Virus record (IMG/VR): IMGVR_UViG_3300033475_000060
Location: 1 to 43,273 of that record
Strand: one strand, 5' to 3'
Length of the DNA stretch: 43,273 nt
Origin: a virus
Taxonomy: Duplodnaviria > Caudoviricetes
Position numbers and translations under genes: made by a program. The notes under the pieces were generated by a model. It had not been told where the DNA came from. It worked only from the letters and a program-made list of their open reading frames with translations, and did not search any database. Below, in pieces: positions 34,305 to 43,273 of this stretch; positions within the stretch are counted from its first letter, which is position 1, and the number at the start of each line of letters is the position of its first letter.

Positions 34305-34907
34305 TTACGCGACAGTATCGGAGAACGGCGTTGCCTCGGTACCAGACGCGGTGGTGAAGCCGCGGACGCCCCACATAGTGGCGGAGCAGTCGGTGAACTC
34401 GATCCAGTTGCCGATGTCCTTGCCGCCTGTGGTCGTGCCGTTGAGGGTGATCGTGTCATCGGTTGCACCCGCAACCCACGTGCGCGCGGCATCCGTCGCG
34501 GAGTCAGTCGCGGACTGGGCGACGATCATGCCCTTGAACAGCATCGTGCCGGCCGAGGCCTTGATCAGGTAGTTGGAGGTGTTCACCACCGACACCAGGA
34601 AGGTGTACTTGTTGCCCGACCCAGTTGCGGCCGGAAGGGTGAACGTTAGCGCCGCACCGGATGCGCCCATGAGGAGCGGGCGGTTGGCGTGCGCGGCGGC
34701 GGTTAGCACGGTCGTGGCGGTCAGCGAGACCGGTGCGATGGCGAGAGCGGCGCTTGCCTGCGTGTAGCCCACCAGAGCACCTGAGGTGTCATAGACGGGA
34801 TAACGGTCGTCACCGGCAGGGATGCCGATATCTGTCGCCTGGGTGGCGATGGCATAGGCGAGCTTGTTCAGCACGCGGGAATTGGAAAGACCAGCTTCAG
34901 CGGTCAT
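34305..34907 (-). CDS. Capsid decoration-like protein 2 (paralog of 34995..35405)
   Basis: TLPAATGSG, ITLNGTTTGG, GTEATPFS shared with the upstream gene. Confidence 0.7.
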   Translation of the reverse strand: MTAEAGLSNSRVLNKLAYAIATQATDIGIPAGDDRYPVYDTSGALVGYTQASAALAIAPVSLTATTVLTAAAHANRPLLMGASGAALTFTLPAATGSGNKYTFLVSVVNTSNYLIKASAGTMLFKGMIVAQSATDSATDAARTWVAGATDDTITLNGTTTGGKDIGNWIEFTDCSATMWGVRGFTTASGTEATPFSDTVA

Positions 34908-34944
34908 GTTGAGAATCCTTCAGTTTGGCCGGGAGCGCCATATG

Positions 34945-34971
34945 AAAAGGGCGGACCGTGAGGCCCGCCCT
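34945..34971 (-). terminator. Terminator after capsid and decoration gene 1
   Basis: Minus strand AGGGCGGGCC-TCAC-GGTCCGCCCT-TTT. Confidence 0.75.
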
Positions 34972-34994
34972 GGTTGTTCGGTCTGGTCAGCTGC

Positions 34995-35405
34995 TTAGCT
35001 GAACGGCGTTGCCTCAGTGCCGGTGCAGATGAGGTTGCCTTCCAGCATCCACTTGCCCGAGATGGCATCGGTAAGGCGCAGCATCGACCCGATGACGCCA
35101 CCGGTGGTGGAACCGTTCATCGTGATCGTTGCCGTGGTCGACGCCGCCGGCATGGTCGTACCGGCAATGTCCGTGGTGAGCCCCACAGCCCCGATGATCA
35201 CATCCGAGCCCGCGCGCACGACGGTGTGCGACCCGGATGAAACCGTCGAGACGAAGTACAGGGTGTACACATCGCCAGTGCCGGTTGCGGCCGGCAGCGT
35301 GATGGCGCGACCGGTCGTGCTGTTGACGTTGACGATCGCATTCGCGTGGACGTTGCGGGAGAGCGTCGTGGCCGCCGTGATGGTGATCGGCTTGAGAGAT
35401 GGCAT
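34995..35405 (-). CDS. Capsid decoration-like protein 1
   Basis: T/A-rich beta protein immediately after MCP; AAGGAG RBS. Confidence 0.7.
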   Translation of the reverse strand: MPSLKPITITAATTLSRNVHANAIVNVNSTTGRAITLPAATGTGDVYTLYFVSTVSSGSHTVVRAGSDVIIGAVGLTTDIAGTTMPAASTTATITMNGSTTGGVIGSMLRLTDAISGKWMLEGNLICTGTEATPFS

Positions 35406-35417
35406 TGTCCTGACTCC

Positions 35418-36395
35418 TTAGGTCGAAGCCGTGAGGCCGAAGACGTCGGCAATCACGCCGATGCCCTTCTCGTTGACGACCTTCAGAGTGCCCTCCGCGA
35501 GGAGAACGCCCTTTTCAGCGTCACCGGTCTTGGCAACTTCGACTTCCTGGATGGGACGCAGCGACAGCCACTTGACCATATCGGGGTCGAGCAGATGCAC
35601 ACGGCGCGAGGTGGCCGAGGTCGACATCACCCGGTTCGGAACGACCTTCACGGCGCCCAGCGGGCCCTCGTAAATGTCGGCAGTACCAATGATGGTGTTG
35701 GTGCCGCGGCCGGCGGCATACTTGAACTCAGCGACATTGGCATCCGACATGAAGGTGGCGAACACGCCCTTGTTGTAAGGCGAGGTCACCACGGTCGTGA
35801 CGTTTCCGCCCTGCGTATAGATCGACTGCAGGACAGTGTCGGTGAGCGACTTGGTCCACGCACGCTGCGTGCCGGTGGTTTCCGCCACGGTGTCTGCCGT
35901 CACGAAGCCGCCGGACGAGCCGGTGGCGCCACGGGAGACGTTGGTGGAGTACCAGGACGGCAGGCTGCCGAGGGTGCGGGGGTCGGTGTTGCTGGACGCG
36001 GTATTCGACACGATGGCGAATTCGATGTCCTTGCGCAGAGCCTTGCCCTTCTTCATCAGCTCATGGGCGCGCTTTTCGACGTTGCCAGCGTTGCTGACTG
36101 CCTGCTGCGTGCCGGAGAAGATGAAGGTCTTGGTGAAGATCTGCGTGCGCGCACCGACGCGGGTCGGCGCCGTCACGGCGTCGAAGTTGAACTCGTTGCC
36201 TTCCGGCTGCGCGTTTGCGCCGGGGGTATCGAGGTCTTCCGTCTCCCACTCTGGGTGCTTGGACTCGGCTTTCTCTTTGCCGGCCATGGTGTAGATCGGC
36301 GTATCGGTGGGCGTGATCATGGACACAAAGTTGTCCAGCTCTTCCCGGTTACCGACTGCCGCCGTGGTCAACACGGTATTGGCAATGGTTGCCAT
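35418..36395 (-). CDS. Major capsid protein (DUF5309/SU10-like)
   Basis: GNREELD..PTDTPIYTM..EWETEDL..TQIFTK..LRKDIE..AKTGDAEK..EGTL; follows scaffold. Confidence 0.9.
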   Translation of the reverse strand: MATIANTVLTTAAVGNREELDNFVSMITPTDTPIYTMAGKEKAESKHPEWETEDLDTPGANAQPEGNEFNFDAVTAPTRVGARTQIFTKTFIFSGTQQAVSNAGNVEKRAHELMKKGKALRKDIEFAIVSNTASSNTDPRTLGSLPSWYSTNVSRGATGSSGGFVTADTVAETTGTQRAWTKSLTDTVLQSIYTQGGNVTTVVTSPYNKGVFATFMSDANVAEFKYAAGRGTNTIIGTADIYEGPLGAVKVVPNRVMSTSATSRRVHLLDPDMVKWLSLRPIQEVEVAKTGDAEKGVLLAEGTLKVVNEKGIGVIADVFGLTAST

Positions 36396-36401
36396 TGGAG
36401 G

Positions 36402-37427
36402 CTATCCTTTTCTGGATGCGAGGAGGTAAGCCCGAGCGGCGTCATCGACGCTGCCGGACTGCTTGAGGCGGTCCATCGCAACAGTTGCCGAGCGTGCCCG
36501 CTGGTCCCCGGAGGAAAGGCGCTTGCCGCTCTTTTGAACGGGTGGGCGGCCTTCGACCTTCGACTGCATCTTGGGTTTGCTGGCTTGCAGCTTTCGCCAC
36601 GCAATGGCATCTCGCATGACGAGCGCATTGCGGTGATCCATCGCCAAAGCCTCTCCCATCTCCTCGACGGTGAAGCCGTATTCGGGACCATGGGTCTTCA
36701 GGTCCTTCACGAAGCTACTCAGGCGTGTTTCGTCCTTGAGTGCTGGCGCTTTGGTGGTCAGAGCCTCCCACTCCCTATTCTCGCGCTCCCGTTTCGCCTG
36801 CCTGGCTTCCTCGGCCCACCGCTGCTGTGCGGCGGTTTGTTCGTTGGCGAGGTAGTAGCTGTGACGCTGCCAGGCATCGAAGTTCGCCTTCTGCGTCGTG
36901 TAGGCATAGGGATCGGTCTGTGCGAGCTGGGGGTCAGGCTCCTGCGGCATGATGGATTGGATCAGCTGCGAGACGTAGTCGCGCTGCTGGGCGAGGTACT
37001 GCTCCTGTTGCTTGATCAGCGAAGATTGGCTTTCGACCGAGCGCCGCTGCTCAGCCACTTCCATTGTCTTCTGCCGGTAGTCTCGGTCGCGAAGGTTGCC
37101 CTGGATGAGGTCGTTGACGCTGGCCACGCTGCCATCAGGGAGGCGGACTTTGCCGTTTGCGGCTACAAACCGCCCCTGGTCGCTGTCTGGCTCGTCTTCG
37201 TTCTCATCGTCGTCAGCTTGACCATCGTCGTCCGCTGGGTCGCCTTCTTCCTCGCCGTCGCCTTCCGGCTCGAGCTGGTCGTCGGTCGCGGTGCCCATAT
37301 CGAGGTCGTCCTCGTCAGCTTGGCCATCGCTGGCTGCTTCAGGGGTCGTTGCCTTGACAAAGGCCTTCGCGGCTTCGTCCATAGACAAGCCGCCGTCACC
37401 CGTTGAGGTGTCGTTCTCCGTGCTCAT
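36402..37427 (-). CDS. Scaffolding protein
   Basis: Acidic N-terminus, DYRQKTMEVAEQRR coiled coil, RLKQSGSVDDAA tail; precedes MCP. Confidence 0.85.
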   Translation of the reverse strand: MSTENDTSTGDGGLSMDEAAKAFVKATTPEAASDGQADEDDLDMGTATDDQLEPEGDGEEEGDPADDDGQADDDENEDEPDSDQGRFVAANGKVRLPDGSVASVNDLIQGNLRDRDYRQKTMEVAEQRRSVESQSSLIKQQEQYLAQQRDYVSQLIQSIMPQEPDPQLAQTDPYAYTTQKANFDAWQRHSYYLANEQTAAQQRWAEEARQAKRERENREWEALTTKAPALKDETRLSSFVKDLKTHGPEYGFTVEEMGEALAMDHRNALVMRDAIAWRKLQASKPKMQSKVEGRPPVQKSGKRLSSGDQRARSATVAMDRLKQSGSVDDAARAYLLASRKG

Positions 37428-37481
37428 TCAGTTGCTCTTGGGGTTGTGCGGTTGCTCTGAGGCTTGACCGCGAAGATGGGC

Positions 37482-37718
37482 TTAAGCGAGCCCGGAAGGC
37501 TTCTTGGGAGCATTGCCGGCCACTAGCAGCCGTACTCGCTCCCGAATGGTGTACACAGCGCGGGCCATCGCCTGATGGTCGCGGATCTGCTCGATTTTGT
37601 CGGCTGGCGTCGCGACCAAGCCGTCACGCGCCGCGGTGTCGATTTCCGACAGGATAAGGGCCAGCGCTTCGTTCTCTGAGAGGCGAAGAGCTTCGGCGTG
37701 GACTTGATCAGCGGTCAA
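37482..37718 (-). CDS. Small helical head-module protein
   Basis: GAGGG RBS before TTG; usual position upstream of scaffold. Confidence 0.65.
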   Translation of the reverse strand: MTADQVHAEALRLSENEALALILSEIDTAARDGLVATPADKIEQIRDHQAMARAVYTIRERVRLLVAGNAPKKPSGLA

Positions 37719-37742
37719 TTGTCACCCTCACAGATGCGGGGT

Positions 37743-38960
37743 TTAGTTCAGCACCACGCCAGCCAGGCCCATTGTGGTCAGCGGGAAGATGCCGGCTTCA
37801 AATCCGGTCGCCTTCGCGTGCGCCAGATTTGGGAGAATAAAGTTGATCTGCGCGATCAGCGAGGTCACGCCGGACGCCACCGTGTAGGTGTAGGCAAATT
37901 CCTGGTCGAGTGCCGCGGTGTTGATGCCGGCGGAGATCGCAGCGCCGCTGTTGCCGTTCGAGAGCAGGAGGTTGGCCTTTGCCGTCTTGTTGACCACGGT
38001 CAGCCCCTCCCAGTCCTCGGCCAGCGGGTCGACGCGCAACTTGAGAACTGCAAGGATTTTATCCCCTACAGAGAAGCCGGAATTGGCGTAATGCGCGCGG
38101 CGCCAGCTCGTGTCAGCCGCTGCGGTTAGGTCAAACTCATAGCCCTGCCCGGCAAGAACGAAGCCATCACCGGGCGCGGCGACCTTGGACAACGTAGGAG
38201 CCGTTCCCGTCGGAGTAGGAGTGCCTGCCACCCACCCCGTTGGGCTCCCTCCGCCTAACGCTCCCGTCATCAGACCGTTGATGAGATTGTAGGCGCTCCA
38301 CTGCTGCACCAGCGACTGTGTTACCGGCCGCATGCTCGACTTGATCGCCGCGCCCTCGACGCGGGCGATCTTGGTGTGGCCCTTGTCGTTGGGGTGGATG
38401 CCATCGACGTTTACGCAATCGGCCGGAAGATAACCGCTCACCTGCGTGGCTGCCCATGCATCAGCAAGGGCGAACCCGAGCGCTGCAGCATTCGCCACCA
38501 GCCAGTCGCGCTGCGCGCTCAGGCGATCTCGCTCAGACGTCCCTTGGCTCGATGCCTTGGGGATCGCGGCAGTGACGACCGGTTTGATACGCCGGCTTAG
38601 ACAGCCATAAACGAAGGCCGTGACTGCCGTCTGGAAGGCGGCGATATCAGCATCGGCATTTGTGCCGGCCTGCAGCACTGCGACGGTCGGGCGGTCTGCA
38701 TCGACGTGGGAGAGGAAGTTGGCGACGATCGTTGTCGCGTTCTGGCCCTCCTGGTCGCGCACCAACAGTAGCGACGGCGGATGGTGCAGCGTGCCGGCGT
38801 ATTGCAGCGACTGCCACGGGTGGCCATAGAAGATGTTCGTGGCCCCGGACGGGGAGCCCATGCTGTCGGTGTAGTACACGACCTTGCGGTTCTGGGGAAA
38901 CCACGAGGGATACCCCGCGCCCTGAGATAGGGTGAGCAGCACCTTCGCGCTCTTGTGCAT
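37743..38960 (-). CDS. SGNH/GDSL esterase with C-terminal beta-sandwich domain
   Basis: Block I YTDSM, block III QAGTN, block V DGIHPN. Confidence 0.85.
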   Translation of the reverse strand: MHKSAKVLLTLSQGAGYPSWFPQNRKVVYYTDSMGSPSGATNIFYGHPWQSLQYAGTLHHPPSLLLVRDQEGQNATTIVANFLSHVDADRPTVAVLQAGTNADADIAAFQTAVTAFVYGCLSRRIKPVVTAAIPKASSQGTSERDRLSAQRDWLVANAAALGFALADAWAATQVSGYLPADCVNVDGIHPNDKGHTKIARVEGAAIKSSMRPVTQSLVQQWSAYNLINGLMTGALGGGSPTGWVAGTPTPTGTAPTLSKVAAPGDGFVLAGQGYEFDLTAAADTSWRRAHYANSGFSVGDKILAVLKLRVDPLAEDWEGLTVVNKTAKANLLLSNGNSGAAISAGINTAALDQEFAYTYTVASGVTSLIAQINFILPNLAHAKATGFEAGIFPLTTMGLAGVVLN

Positions 38961-39409
38961 TACGCGGGAATACCCGTCAGCCGGACCTGCACGTCAGATG
39001 TGCTAGTCAGCGTCACGCCCGTGCCATCGATCAGCAATCCGTAGAGAATGTCCGACCCGCCGCCCGGCACAACCACGAGATTGATGCCGCCGCTCGAGTA
39101 CTCGTTTGGCGTACCGTGATCGTAGAGCGTCGACACCGGAATGGTCTTGCGCACTTTGAATGTATCGGCTGCATTGAGCGAATAGGCTGCGTTATCGGTC
39201 TTGGTTGTCGCTGTCGGATCTGCGGTGAGCAGCACGAAGTTGAGGGCCGGCGTGACCGCTGCTTTGATCATCACCGAGACTTCATTGACGATCACAGCCG
39301 CACCATTGCCAACCCCAGTAGGGAAGGACAGCAGTGCGCCCATGATATCGCCAGCCGAATAGGCGCCGTTCGTCACGGTCGGCGTGACCGTTACGTCAAA
39401 TCCTGCCAT
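38960..39409 (-). CDS. Beta-rich putative virion protein
   Basis: AYSAGDIMG motif, T-rich; TAATG-coupled to the esterase. Confidence 0.7.
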   Translation of the reverse strand: MAGFDVTVTPTVTNGAYSAGDIMGALLSFPTGVGNGAAVIVNEVSVMIKAAVTPALNFVLLTADPTATTKTDNAAYSLNAADTFKVRKTIPVSTLYDHGTPNEYSSGGINLVVVPGGGSDILYGLLIDGTGVTLTSTSDVQVRLTGIPA

Positions 39410-39419
39410 CTATGTTCTC

Positions 39420-41636
39420 CTAGCCCGCGGGCTTGCCGCTCGGTTGCGGCTGCGGCTTCATCGAAGCAATGTGCGCGCTATTGGCCATCTTCTCGCGCTC
39501 GAGCTGCCGGTTCTGTTCGGCGTCCCACGTTTTCCACGCTAGTTCTCGTTCCTGCTTCTGCAGTTCGAGGGCGGCGTTGACGTTTGCGATATCGATGGCG
39601 TTCTGGCGGTCGGCGGCTTTGGTCTGTAGATCCGCCTCAAGCTCCGCCTGGTTCTTTACGACCGCACCTTGGGCGTCGATCTGCGCCTGCTGCACGGCCA
39701 GCCGGTTCTTTTCAGCTTCCACCTGCAACGCGGTCTGGCCCTTGACCTGTTCCAGTTGCGCGGCGACCTGGCCCTGAGCCTGTATCTCTTCTATCTTTGG
39801 GTTCGGCGGCGGAGGCTGGTTGGCCTTTTCCTTCAGCGCCTTCACGATCTCTTCGGCGTTGTCCGGGTAGAACTCGTCCGGATTGCGCAGACCCGCGCTC
39901 TCCGCGATCTTGGTCATGGTGCGGATGACCTTGGGCAACATTTCGATAGCCTGCTCAGTGGCGCCTGCCTGCATGAAGCGGTCCGCCAGCCCTAGCTGGT
40001 TCACCAGCACCTGCTGCAGCATCACCATGTCACGGTCGCGCGAGCCGGTGCCCAGACCAACGTTGATCGTCACATCCATATCCGCGTTCCAGTAGCGCGG
40101 ATCGATGGTGATGAACTCGTCACCGCGGAGGCGGATGGAACGCGGTGTGTCTTGGTGCTTCACCATGAGCTTCAGGAGCTTGCGGAAGACCAGCTTCCAG
40201 CCCTTGGCCATGTTGCGCGCCGCAAGTTCTACCTGCGAGTAAGCGGCGTCCTTGTTGTTCTGGTTGGCGGTCGCTGACTGGTTGTTGAGCGCCTCTGGAT
40301 CCAGCGCCATCGACTGCCGGCCGACGCCGGTACGGCGCTGCACGACTTCGTCCTGATAGGCCATCCCTTCAAAGGCATGGTTGGCTACGAACGGGATGGG
40401 CAGCGGGGTGATCTCGGCAGCCCCGTCCCCGAATACGGTGCCGTTGAAGCTTGGGTTGTACAACTCCTCGGGATTCTTGATGTTGCCTTTGGCGAACCGC
40501 TGCGGGTTGTTGGTGGCGTAGATGTTGTTCAGCGCCTGCCGCTCGAGGACCGTCTTGATGTCCTGCACGTCGATGGTCTTGTCGGCTACCGACCGCCCCT
40601 CAAACCGATGGGGGATCGGCTCATACTGAATCAGGTCGAATGGGGTTTCGTCCTCCCACACTTCCCAATCCAGCATGACCGACCCGTCAGGCCCGCCCAT
40701 GTAGGCTCGGATTGTCTCAGCAACATCGTCGCCATCGACATCGAGCACGGCGTAGACCTCGTGAAGGTCAACCTGCTCCGTCGACGTGTCGAGGCTTTGG
40801 TCCTCTAGATACCGGGTGCGGGCAACATCCTCGCCGCTGGTGCGGACGTTGGAACCCACCGGGATGGTCTTCACCTTCTCCCGGTCAAAGCCCATTTCAA
40901 TCAGTTCGGAGCGAGTCTTCTGCTCGACGTGGCTCTGGAACAGGGCATCGTACGGGGACTTTGCCGAGGCGTTCTTGCGGTAGTGGCCGCGAGGTACAGC
41001 CTCAATGACAAACCGGCCCTTGGCCTTCTGCCGCTTGATCTTGCAGTCGTAGACCGTAATGGGGACCTGCTGCCCAGTCTCTGGATCGTCAATGACAACC
41101 TGGCGCTCCGACGATGCCAGCACTTCCGGCTCTTCGCCGTCCTCATTGGCCTGCAGCAATAGTGCTCGCTGGTCTTCGGTCAGCCCTGAATGGAACGACA
41201 CCGCAAACTGCGGGGTATCATCCCAATAGGTCTTCACGATGCCATCGGAGAACAGAAGCGCTTCCCAAGATGCATCGTAGCATACGCCTTCGCCGTCATT
41301 GTCCTTCCAGAAGACGTGGTTCAGCCCCTCGGTCACCTGCTGGGCGTAATGTACGTCGTTCTCCTCGACCGGCTCCGCCTCGGCAAACTTGTCGGATGTG
41401 AGCATGGTCCGCATGAGCTGCGGCATGATCCAGCCCATCGTGTCGGCAACGTCGCGGCTGACAACCTTGGAGCGGTTGGTTTCGGGCGGAACATAGGCAT
41501 CCATGCGGCCGAAGAAGTAATCAAGCGCCTTGGCCCGGCTGCCCTCCTGCTCGTCGGAGCTGTCGTGCGTGTTGGCCTGCCCGACCTGCTGCGACAGGAT
41601 GGCGCCAATCTCTTCGTCGGAGAGCGCTTCAGCCAT
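39420..41636 (-). CDS. Portal protein (P22-like, long C-terminal coiled coil)
   Basis: 738 aa after terL; RSKVVSRDVAD, GIVKTYWD, PIPHRFEGRS, VNVGLGTG-like segment, Q/A-rich barrel. Confidence 0.9.
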   Translation of the reverse strand: MAEALSDEEIGAILSQQVGQANTHDSSDEQEGSRAKALDYFFGRMDAYVPPETNRSKVVSRDVADTMGWIMPQLMRTMLTSDKFAEAEPVEENDVHYAQQVTEGLNHVFWKDNDGEGVCYDASWEALLFSDGIVKTYWDDTPQFAVSFHSGLTEDQRALLLQANEDGEEPEVLASSERQVVIDDPETGQQVPITVYDCKIKRQKAKGRFVIEAVPRGHYRKNASAKSPYDALFQSHVEQKTRSELIEMGFDREKVKTIPVGSNVRTSGEDVARTRYLEDQSLDTSTEQVDLHEVYAVLDVDGDDVAETIRAYMGGPDGSVMLDWEVWEDETPFDLIQYEPIPHRFEGRSVADKTIDVQDIKTVLERQALNNIYATNNPQRFAKGNIKNPEELYNPSFNGTVFGDGAAEITPLPIPFVANHAFEGMAYQDEVVQRRTGVGRQSMALDPEALNNQSATANQNNKDAAYSQVELAARNMAKGWKLVFRKLLKLMVKHQDTPRSIRLRGDEFITIDPRYWNADMDVTINVGLGTGSRDRDMVMLQQVLVNQLGLADRFMQAGATEQAIEMLPKVIRTMTKIAESAGLRNPDEFYPDNAEEIVKALKEKANQPPPPNPKIEEIQAQGQVAAQLEQVKGQTALQVEAEKNRLAVQQAQIDAQGAVVKNQAELEADLQTKAADRQNAIDIANVNAALELQKQERELAWKTWDAEQNRQLEREKMANSAHIASMKPQPQPSGKPAG

Positions 41637-43106
41637 CTACACCACCCAAGCTGGTTTGGCCGGCGCCTTGAACGGCCGCGGCTTGGTCTCTGCGAAGCGC
41701 AGCATCATCAATGCATATCGGGAGGCGCTGATCACGTCGTCGCGCTCCTTCACGATCTTGCCGTCCTTGCGGTGGTACAGGCGCCGCTCTTCCAGCCAGT
41801 CGGTGCAGGTGCTGAACACCTTCCAGCGGCCGGTCAGCATGCGGTCCAGCATCTCGGCAATGCCTGCCTCGACACCAATGCCGCCTTCTTCCCACTCGGC
41901 ATTCTCTGGCAGCATGTTCAGGCCTTGGGCCTTGTACTGCCCCGCCAACTGCTCACCCGAGCCCTTGTCGTGCTGGAAACCATCGTGAGGCCATGAACAC
42001 GGTATCCAATCACCCCACGGCTTGATCGATGCCGCATGAATGATCGGCGTCGTCTGCCGGCTGCGATAGGTCTTCGTCACGTAGACGATATCGGCGTCTC
42101 TGTCCCACGCCAGATTGGCCGCGCCGAACGGATGGTCGTAACCGAAGTCGAGCCCGTTAATTTGTGGCCAGATGTCCGGGATGGCAATCGGCTGGATAAC
42201 GATCTCTTCCTCGAGCACGGGGAAGATCAGTCCTGAGCCCAGTGTCGGGATGCCTTTGGCTCGAGCCTCTCGCTCATGCGCCGGATAGCTGGCAATGATC
42301 TTGGCGCGCTCCTCGGGGGAGTAGTGTTCCGCGTCATCGATCGTCATCTTGGTAACGTGGCGGTACTCAGCGCCGGGATCGTCACCTGCTGGCATGATGA
42401 ACCTGCAAACCACCGTGGACATGCCGAGCAGCGGGGTAAATGTCTGCATGGCGAATTGGCCGCGCTGACCATTGTTGGTTCGCGTCAGGCCTTCGCTGTA
42501 AATGTCTTCGGGCGGCTCTTCATCGAACCATACGCCGTCGACTGTCGGGCCCTGCCATTTCTCGCGGCCCTTCTCGTAGGCCTTGAAGGCGACAACACTC
42601 TCGCCTGCCTGGACGTCGCCACCGCCGCCCCACCGAACCACCACGCTGTCGAGCAGGTTGGGAACACCCATCGCTCTGGTGCGATCACGGATGCATTCGA
42701 GCGGCACGAACCCTGTGCCCCATTCTTCTTCTTTGGCTGCCGGGCCTATCAGGATGCGCTGCGGGTTGTCGCGAGTGCTTTCACCCGTCACCGACCCGGC
42801 CCACAACAGTGGCGCCCTGTTGAACGTTGCGCCTGGCCAGTTGTCGGGATAGCGCCCCGTGAGGTGCATCGCCCACTCAGCACCACCGGCTACAGTCTTG
42901 CCGAGCTGGTTGCCCGCCATGAACAGCCGCTCGCTGAACGTCCGCCCTGCGGCATGGAACTCGAGCTGCTTGGCGTATGGCGCGTAGAACCTGAGACGGT
43001 TAGTGCTTTGTCTCTTCGCCTGGATCGATGCCAGCCGCTTCTCTATCGCCTGTAGCTGCTCGGACGGTAGCGAGTAGATCTGCGATCTCGTCGTCGCTGT
43101 AATCAT
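41637..43106 (-). CDS. terL: Terminase large subunit (P22 gp2-like)
   Basis: ERLFMAGNQLGKT, VWFDEEP, TFTPLLG, GLDFGYDHP, DDVISASRY. Confidence 0.96.
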   Translation of the reverse strand: MITATTRSQIYSLPSEQLQAIEKRLASIQAKRQSTNRLRFYAPYAKQLEFHAAGRTFSERLFMAGNQLGKTVAGGAEWAMHLTGRYPDNWPGATFNRAPLLWAGSVTGESTRDNPQRILIGPAAKEEEWGTGFVPLECIRDRTRAMGVPNLLDSVVVRWGGGGDVQAGESVVAFKAYEKGREKWQGPTVDGVWFDEEPPEDIYSEGLTRTNNGQRGQFAMQTFTPLLGMSTVVCRFIMPAGDDPGAEYRHVTKMTIDDAEHYSPEERAKIIASYPAHEREARAKGIPTLGSGLIFPVLEEEIVIQPIAIPDIWPQINGLDFGYDHPFGAANLAWDRDADIVYVTKTYRSRQTTPIIHAASIKPWGDWIPCSWPHDGFQHDKGSGEQLAGQYKAQGLNMLPENAEWEEGGIGVEAGIAEMLDRMLTGRWKVFSTCTDWLEERRLYHRKDGKIVKERDDVISASRYALMMLRFAETKPRPFKAPAKPAWVV

Positions 43107-43273
43107 CAAGCGCCTTCGTCACATCGGCGGTCATCGTCACCGGCTTGCCGTAGCCACGGTCCAACAGCTTCTCAGCCGCGGTGATCCTGATGCGCTCGTC
43201 GTCGCTCTCAAGGCCTGCAGCGAGGACTTCGATTGCCTTGTCCGTGTGCTCGCGGGCCTTGGCTGCAATGCCT
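43000..43273 (-). CDS. terS: Terminase small subunit, 3' part (joined to 1..174)
   Basis: ...KPVTMTADVTKALDDYSDDEIADLLATVRAATGDREAAGIDPGEETKH, TAA at 43000-43002. Confidence 0.85.
   Translation of the reverse strand, partial: GIAAKAREHTDKAIEVLAAGLESDDERIRITAAEKLLDRGYGKPVTMTADVTKALDDYSDDEIADLLATVRAATGDREAAGIDPGEETKH
43147..43273. repeat. Second copy of the 127-bp terminal overlap
   Basis: Identical to 1-127. Confidence 0.97.

Noticed and set aside
35346-37406. 686-aa plus-strand ORF (likewise 3412..4335, 22077..22976, 28502..29482, 41190..41996)
   Set aside because: Antisense shadows of well-supported genes in GC-rich DNA with no motifs
43147-43273. Biological direct terminal repeat
   Set aside because: 127 bp equals a common assembler k-mer and falls mid-terS; a P22-like terminase implies headful packaging, so it is best read as a circular overlap

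Overview
The window is a complete, circularly assembled genome (43,146 bp unique; bases 1-127 repeat exactly at 43147-43273) of a temperate, short-tailed (P22-like gene order) phage. Its host is inferred to be an alphaproteobacterium from a GTTC-N7-GTTC LexA box, the tRNA-Thr attP and the gene families. Minus strand 8424->420: cro, a T5orf172/GIY-YIG gene, cII-like gene, N4/N6 methyltransferase, DnaA-C-terminal-domain protein, DnaB, DUF1376 initiator, candidate late regulator. Plus strand 8510->19824: short non-cleavable repressor, Gp157, Rad52/Sak, NinB-like, HNH, degenerate C5-MTase-like gene, mosaic ORFs, xis, int, an intact attP (3' half of tRNA-Thr GGT) and five small post-attP genes. Late minus strand (174 across the junction ->19864): terS, terL, portal, an inserted beta-rich protein plus SGNH esterase, scaffold, capsid, two paralogous decoration-like proteins, adaptor, nozzle, ejection proteins, tail fibre, then an endolysin and a long membrane-protein cassette. 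Best candidates for novelty: (1) a LexA-box-controlled 52-aa gene, antisense to the repressor 3' end, whose product resembles the repressor's own C-terminal helix and may be a SinI-like dominant-negative SOS antirepressor; (2) a moron with a secreted 4-Cys peptide divergent from a 72-aa protein plus sulfotransferase, across a five-copy 12-bp-period repeat. No databases were searched; family names come from recognised motifs and gene order.
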